This document shows, piece after piece, positions 59,881 through 64,000 of a stretch of DNA of 64,000 nucleotides (positions within the stretch are counted from its first letter, which is position 1; the number at the start of each line of letters is the position of its first letter). A program made the translations under genes and the position numbers. The stretch is from Candidatus Aenigmatarchaeota archaeon (lineage in GTDB: Archaea; EX4484-52). The stretch covers positions 1 through 64,000 of the forward strand of contig JAGLPV010000001.1 of assembly GCA_023137195.1 (NCBI GenBank), read 5' to 3'. A model generated the notes under the pieces. That model worked only from the letters and a program-made list of their open reading frames with translations. It searched no databases and had not been told where the DNA came from.

Positions 59881-60927
59881 TTAATAGCCTTCTTTGAACT
59901 CTACGTCAAATTCTTCTAAAATGATTCCGTTTTCATTGACTGCTTCTCCTATAATAGAAGCTTTGATTCCCTGTTTTTTTAGCACATCAATAATTTTATC
60001 GGCTTCTTTTGCGATAATCACGAAGCCAACGCCCATGTTGAAAGTTCTGAACATTTCTTTGTTGTCGACATTGCCTTTTTCCTGCATTGTTTTAAATATG
60101 GGTGGTATCTCTACCCACTTGTCTATTTTGTATCCGATTTTGTCATTTAACCGGGCAATGTTTAATATTCCGCCGCCTGTGATGTTTGCCAGCCCGGTAA
60201 TGTCATTAAAGCATTTGTCCAACACATCCAGGACGGGCTTTACATATATTGTTGTGGGGGTTAATATTTGCGGGGCGTATTTTTCAATATCTTCTTTGTT
60301 GCCGAGCAATACTTTTCTTGCCAGGGTTATGCCGTTTGTGTGGATGCCTGAACTTGCCAGTCCGATTATTTTATCTCCTGCCTTTATTTTATCTCCAAGA
60401 ACGACTTTGTCTTTATCTACAGTTCCCAGGACTGCACCGGCTAAATCAAAACCTTTGTCGTCAATCCCGTTTATCACTTCTTTTAATGTTGCGGTCTCCC
60501 CGCCGACAATTGCAATTTCTGCCTGCCTTGCTCCTTCGCATAATCCTTTGCCGAGTTCTAATGCCTGTTTTTGTGAATTTTTCCCGTCTGTTTTTGTCAT
60601 TGCGAGGTAATCTACTAAGCTTATGGGTTCTGCGCCGAGGCATATTACGTCATTTACGCACATTGCAATCATGTCTATGCCGACTGTGTCGTATTTGTCA
60701 ATGAGTTGTGCTACAAGCACTTTTGAGCCCACTCCGTCTGTTGAAAGGACGAGGTACTTGTCGCCGAATTCTATTAAATTTGCAAAGTGTCCTATTTTTG
60801 ACTTTACTGCTCCTACTTTGTTGTTTCGGAATTCCAGGGTTTTGCTGACTGCTGATACAAGGGATTTAATTGTGTCGGCTTCTTCATTAAAATTGACTCC
60901 TGCTTTTGCGTATGTCATTTGTTCCAT
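59881..60927 (-). CDS. purM: Phosphoribosylformylglycinamidine cyclo-ligase (AIR synthetase)
   Basis: TYAKAGVN, STDGVGSK, AMCVND, GGETA, SSGIHTNG, ITGGG, TFNMGVG. Confidence 0.96.
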   Translation of the reverse strand: MEQMTYAKAGVNFNEEADTIKSLVSAVSKTLEFRNNKVGAVKSKIGHFANLIEFGDKYLVLSTDGVGSKVLVAQLIDKYDTVGIDMIAMCVNDVICLGAEPISLVDYLAMTKTDGKNSQKQALELGKGLCEGARQAEIAIVGGETATLKEVINGIDDKGFDLAGAVLGTVDKDKVVLGDKIKAGDKIIGLASSGIHTNGITLARKVLLGNKEDIEKYAPQILTPTTIYVKPVLDVLDKCFNDITGLANITGGGILNIARLNDKIGYKIDKWVEIPPIFKTMQEKGNVDNKEMFRTFNMGVGFVIIAKEADKIIDVLKKQGIKASIIGEAVNENGIILEEFDVEFKEGY

Positions 60928-61040
60928 AACATTAATCTATTTAGATGGTTTTTTATTTTTATCTAATAATTGATTATAATTCAATTAGTCCGACAGTATC
61001 TCACTAATTGGTTTTTTTGTCCTTCAAATCCTTCGGGAAT

Positions 61041-61098
61041 TTCAACTAAAAAGGAGGGTGGCATTTTGCCCCCATCCTTCTGCAAAGCTCTTATCTCT
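61041..61098 (-). repeat. Diverged copy of an internal BRO-N gene segment (other copies at 62154-62200 and in the gene at ~63509-63566)
   Basis: ttcaactaaaaaggagggtggcattttgcccccatccttctgcaaa vs gene ttcaactgaaagggggg tggcaatttgcccccatccttctgcaaa. Confidence 0.85.
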
Positions 61099-61540
61099 TT
61101 ACCGGTGGTTTTTTAAATATCTTTCGGCTACCAACGCCTCGGAAAATTTGCCGCTGGCAACTGCTTTGATGAAATTAAGCTCCATGTTAACAAAATCCAT
61201 CTCTGTCTTGTCTTCGGCTTCTACATGCTTTCTTAATTCTTCCTTGCTGGATGTCCCCTCATCTGCAGATAATTTGAAATATTCCGGCACGCTGGTCTCC
61301 AGACGCCACAATACTATCTTTTTGATTTCCTCGTCAAGTTTTTTATCATTTGTCATATTATCCCCGTTCTCCAGCATTTTTATGATTTTTTCGCCAAGTT
61401 CAGAATTGTTTTTTACTTCAATCATTGCCGCATTCCATGCGTATGGTTCATCATCAATCACCACAATCACATCCTCTTTGCGGATTTTTTCAAGAAGGTT
61501 AGCATATATTCTCATGAACTTTGCTTTTTTTGTCTTCCAT
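61099..61540 (-). CDS. Hypothetical protein, possibly frameshifted or decayed
   Basis: 138-aa ORF 61099-61515. The upstream ATG at 61540 (MEDKK) joins it only if the A7 run loses one base. Confidence 0.5.
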
Positions 61541-61916
61541 GTATGATTTATACGTGCAGAATATTTAACTGTTTAACGCGCGCGCTATTTGAAAAATCAT
61601 TTATTTTCTTTCTCTAATTTTTTTCGTATTTTCCTTTAAATCCAGATAATTATCCGGTGAAACTATATTTTTCCTATTTTGTGTCTTCAGTTTCAACCGT
61701 CGACAAATTGTCGATAACTCAATTTCGCTTGGTTCTGATTCTCTTTTTTCACAATATGCCAACGATTTTAGTTGTACGATTTTATCGTACGGTTCAAATC
61801 CTTCTTCTTTGAGTTTTATTTATTGTGGGGTTTAATGCCCTGTTGCTTGTGGTGGAATGTTATATTTTGTCTGAATTGATACTCTGAAGCTCTGTTTAGG
61901 GTTATTTATTGAGAAT

Positions 61917-62111
61917 TTATGAACTTTTAGATGCATTTTGTAAATTATTCAAATCAACATATTCAGATTCTGGAGTTTGTCTTGTTTCTTTTAATTCTTT
62001 TTTGGCATGGTCGCTTAATTCGTAATCCTCTTTAAGCGTGTTTTTGATAAATTCTATATCTATCTTCATTTCAAGCAGTTCCTGATGGAGTGTTTCAATT
62101 GAGATTGCCAT
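61917..62111 (-). CDS. Small acidic antitoxin-like protein
   Basis: MAISIETLHQELLEMKIDIEFIKNTLKEDYELSD...; size and composition like archaeal TA antitoxins; no intact toxin downstream. Confidence 0.5.
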   Translation of the reverse strand: MAISIETLHQELLEMKIDIEFIKNTLKEDYELSDHAKKELKETRQTPESEYVDLNNLQNASKSS

Positions 62112-62233
62112 ATGGAGTATAATGGACGATAAAATTATATGGTTATGTTGCAGTTCAACTAAAAAGGAGGGCGGCAATTTGCCTCCACCCTTCGCTAAAA
62201 TTATTGTAGATTTTCATGACATAAAAATAGAAA

Positions 62234-62440
62234 CTAAACGCTTAAAACCTCGATAGGGGTGCTTTTGTTTGCGTGTTTTAAAACATTGAGTTTTTCAAAT
62301 CCAATTATGTTATTATTTTTGTCTTTTTTTAGTATTACTTCCTCTCCTGTTTCTTCGCAAATAAACTCTTTTTTTGCGTCATCAAACCATACATCTAAAG
62401 TATTTGTTTGGGTGTTTAATATGACTTTTATTTTTTCCAT
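62234..62440 (-). CDS. DUF2283-like small protein (putative antitoxin)
   Basis: NTLDVWF...VILKKDKNNNIIGFEKLN. Confidence 0.7.
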   Translation of the reverse strand: MEKIKVILNTQTNTLDVWFDDAKKEFICEETGEEVILKKDKNNNIIGFEKLNVLKHANKSTPIEVLSV

Positions 62441-62763
62441 ATTTCTTCTCCTTCTTTTATTTTGTCTGTAATATATGTGGTTATGAGTATTTTTTTGATT
62501 TTATTTACAACCACGCATATATAACGCGGCTTATTATTATAAACTATTCTCCTGTAAATTAAATATACATTCTCGTCTGTTTTGCTTTGCCTTATTATTT
62601 CAGGGTCTTCTAATGTTTTTATGATGTCTTTTTCTTTGTTTTTCATCATAGGGTGTTTAATTGTGATAATATAATCCCAATAGCTTTCTGAAAGAGAGAT
62701 GCTGGTATTCAAACGAGTCATTATCTCAAATTTTATTGTTTTTTTAACTGGCTTATTTTCCAT
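62428..62763 (-). CDS. Putative toxin partner of DUF2283 (RelE/DUF4258-like fold)
   Basis: W.YIITIKHP...TLEDPEIIRQSK.D..VYL.YR...ICVVV...ITTY; overlaps the DUF2283 gene. Confidence 0.6.
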   Translation of the reverse strand: MENKPVKKTIKFEIMTRLNTSISLSESYWDYIITIKHPMMKNKEKDIIKTLEDPEIIRQSKTDENVYLIYRRIVYNNKPRYICVVVNKIKKILITTYITDKIKEGEEIWKK

Positions 62764-62814
62764 ATTATGATTTTATTGTTTTCTTTTTACTGATTATTAT
62801 AAATCCAATATTTT

Positions 62815-63715
62815 TCAACTTTTTTCCTCTAATTTCTTCCTATTTTCCTTTAAATCCAGATAATTATCCTGGGAGACTATTTTTATTCCAAAACTCTTTT
62901 CTGCATCAATTCTTGCCCTTCCTGCGACTTTTCCGCCTTCTATTGCTGTATCTTTGTTTTGGATAAAGCCCTGCGCATCTTTCTTTCGTGTTGCTTCTGT
63001 TGTTAATTTCTCGCCCAGCATTGAAAAGATAAGCTCTAAATCAGCCATCCTAAAAAACCCGAAGGGGTTTTTGGGACACCAAAAATCTATGATTTTTGCG
63101 TGTGTGATCCCTTAAATTCTGGTTTTTGAATTTTGGGTCGAGTCCTTTAATTTGTTTGTGCGCTTTAATAGGGACTCCGAAAGTGGCTTTGGAGATTTCA
63201 TTTGTCAGGATTGCGTAATCTCTTTTTTCTTCTATTCCTCTGTTTTTCCACTCTTCTGTTAATTCCTGTCTTATGGCGATTCCTCTTAAGCGTTTGTCAA
63301 TCCAGTCTTTTGGGTATCCTTTTAATTCGTAGTATTCTTTTGCCCTGTCCTGTGCGAGTTCAGGGTTTTGAATTTCCTGTATTCTTTCGTATCCGACTTT
63401 TGCGAGCCATTGCTTGAATGGTTCTGCTTTGAGGGAAGGGATTGATTGGATAAGACGAAAAGCTCCTTTCGTGGAGACGCAATTGAGCTTCTGAAGACCT
63501 CCGGCAGTTTCAACTGAAAGGGGGGTGGCAATTTGCCCCCATCCTTCTGCAAAACTTTCGTCTCTTCGTCTCATGTCCTTTAAATATCCTTTTGGGTCTT
63601 TGCTGTCAGTGAGGATGGCAATGATGTCTGCGGCAACAAACCACCATTCGTCATTAAACCATGTTCTTCTGATTTTTTGTCCCTCGAATATTGCAAGTGA
63701 GTTGGTTTGGTTCAT
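62815..63715 (-). pseudogene. BRO-N domain protein split by a 55-bp insertion
   Basis: ORF 63050-63715 (FEGQKIRRTW...RLIQSIPSLKAEPFKQWLA...NLRDH) and ORF 62815-63048 (MADLELIFSMLGE) join in frame as NLRDH-MADLELIF when 63049-63103 is removed. Confidence 0.85.
63049..63103. mobile_element. 55-bp double-hairpin (REP/MITE-like) insertion
   Basis: cctaaaaaaccc-GAA-ggggtttttggg and caaaaatc-tat-gatttttg, inserted between the His and Met codons. Confidence 0.7.
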
Positions 63716-63718
63716 ATT

Positions 63719-64000
63719 TTACCTAAATTTAGTCCAATTAAAGCCTTTATCATGGCTTTTTTCAAGATATATTCCTTTATATCCGAGTATTTCTAACATA
63801 AATCTTTCAAAAATATTTAATGCTAAATAATATGCTTTTGTAGTTTTTTTAAAAGTTATTTTTTTAATTGGATTTTTTGATTTTCCTTCATGAATAACTA
63901 AATTTCTAATATCTATTAGAAGTTTCAAATTTTTTTCAGAGTATCTAAATTTTTCTAGATTAAAAATTTCTTCTAAAATTTCTTTAAAACTTTTTTTAAT
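63719..64000 (-). CDS. C-terminus of a HEPN-domain (ApeA-like) protein, 5' part outside window
   Basis: Frame is open to the window edge; RNLVIH = Rx4H HEPN motif followed by ERFMLEILGYKG. Confidence 0.6.
   Translation of the reverse strand: MKKSFKEILEEIFNLEKFRYSEKNLKLLIDIRNLVIHEGKSKNPIKKITFKKTTKAYYLALNIFERFMLEILGYKGIYLEKSHDKGFNWTKFR

Noticed and set aside
61041-63570. BRO-N segment copies as a DGR template/variable repeat pair
   Set aside because: Differences are not confined to adenines, include an indel, and no reverse transcriptase is in the window.

Overview
64-kb window from an AT-rich archaeal genome, most likely a DPANN lineage (inferred from TBP, TFB, aRF1, L31e/L39e/P1, CDC48, EndoQ, RtcB, an S-layer protein and archaeal pilus genes). 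The left 7.4 kb is an accessory locus: a type I R-M hsdM (truncated by the window edge), a small RHH gene plus a 1602-aa DUF4011-SF1 helicase-Vsr-like defence protein, and a tyrosine recombinase with IntI-like N- and C-termini but no IntI-specific insertion. The non-coding DNA there is highly structured. It has attC-like AAC...GTT hairpins, a duplicated ~160-bp module, about 16 GNA-triloop hairpins all on the + strand, and four nested perfect inverted repeats that pair the two ends of a 5.6-kb gene unit. This looks like an unconventional integron-like ssDNA cassette system and is the best candidate for an undescribed system. Next come a two-gene [FeFe]-hydrogenase (HydC-HydB fusion + HydA), surface proteins (giant subtilase, S-layer), a stand-alone 47-aa NrdD glycyl-radical peptide, and a complete de novo NAD pathway split by an RloA/RloB island. 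Housekeeping genes and two tRNAs follow. The right end is a decayed accessory region with a BRO-N gene split by a 55-bp hairpin insertion and several palindromic BRO-N helix fragments. All calls are by eye from motifs; no database searches were run.
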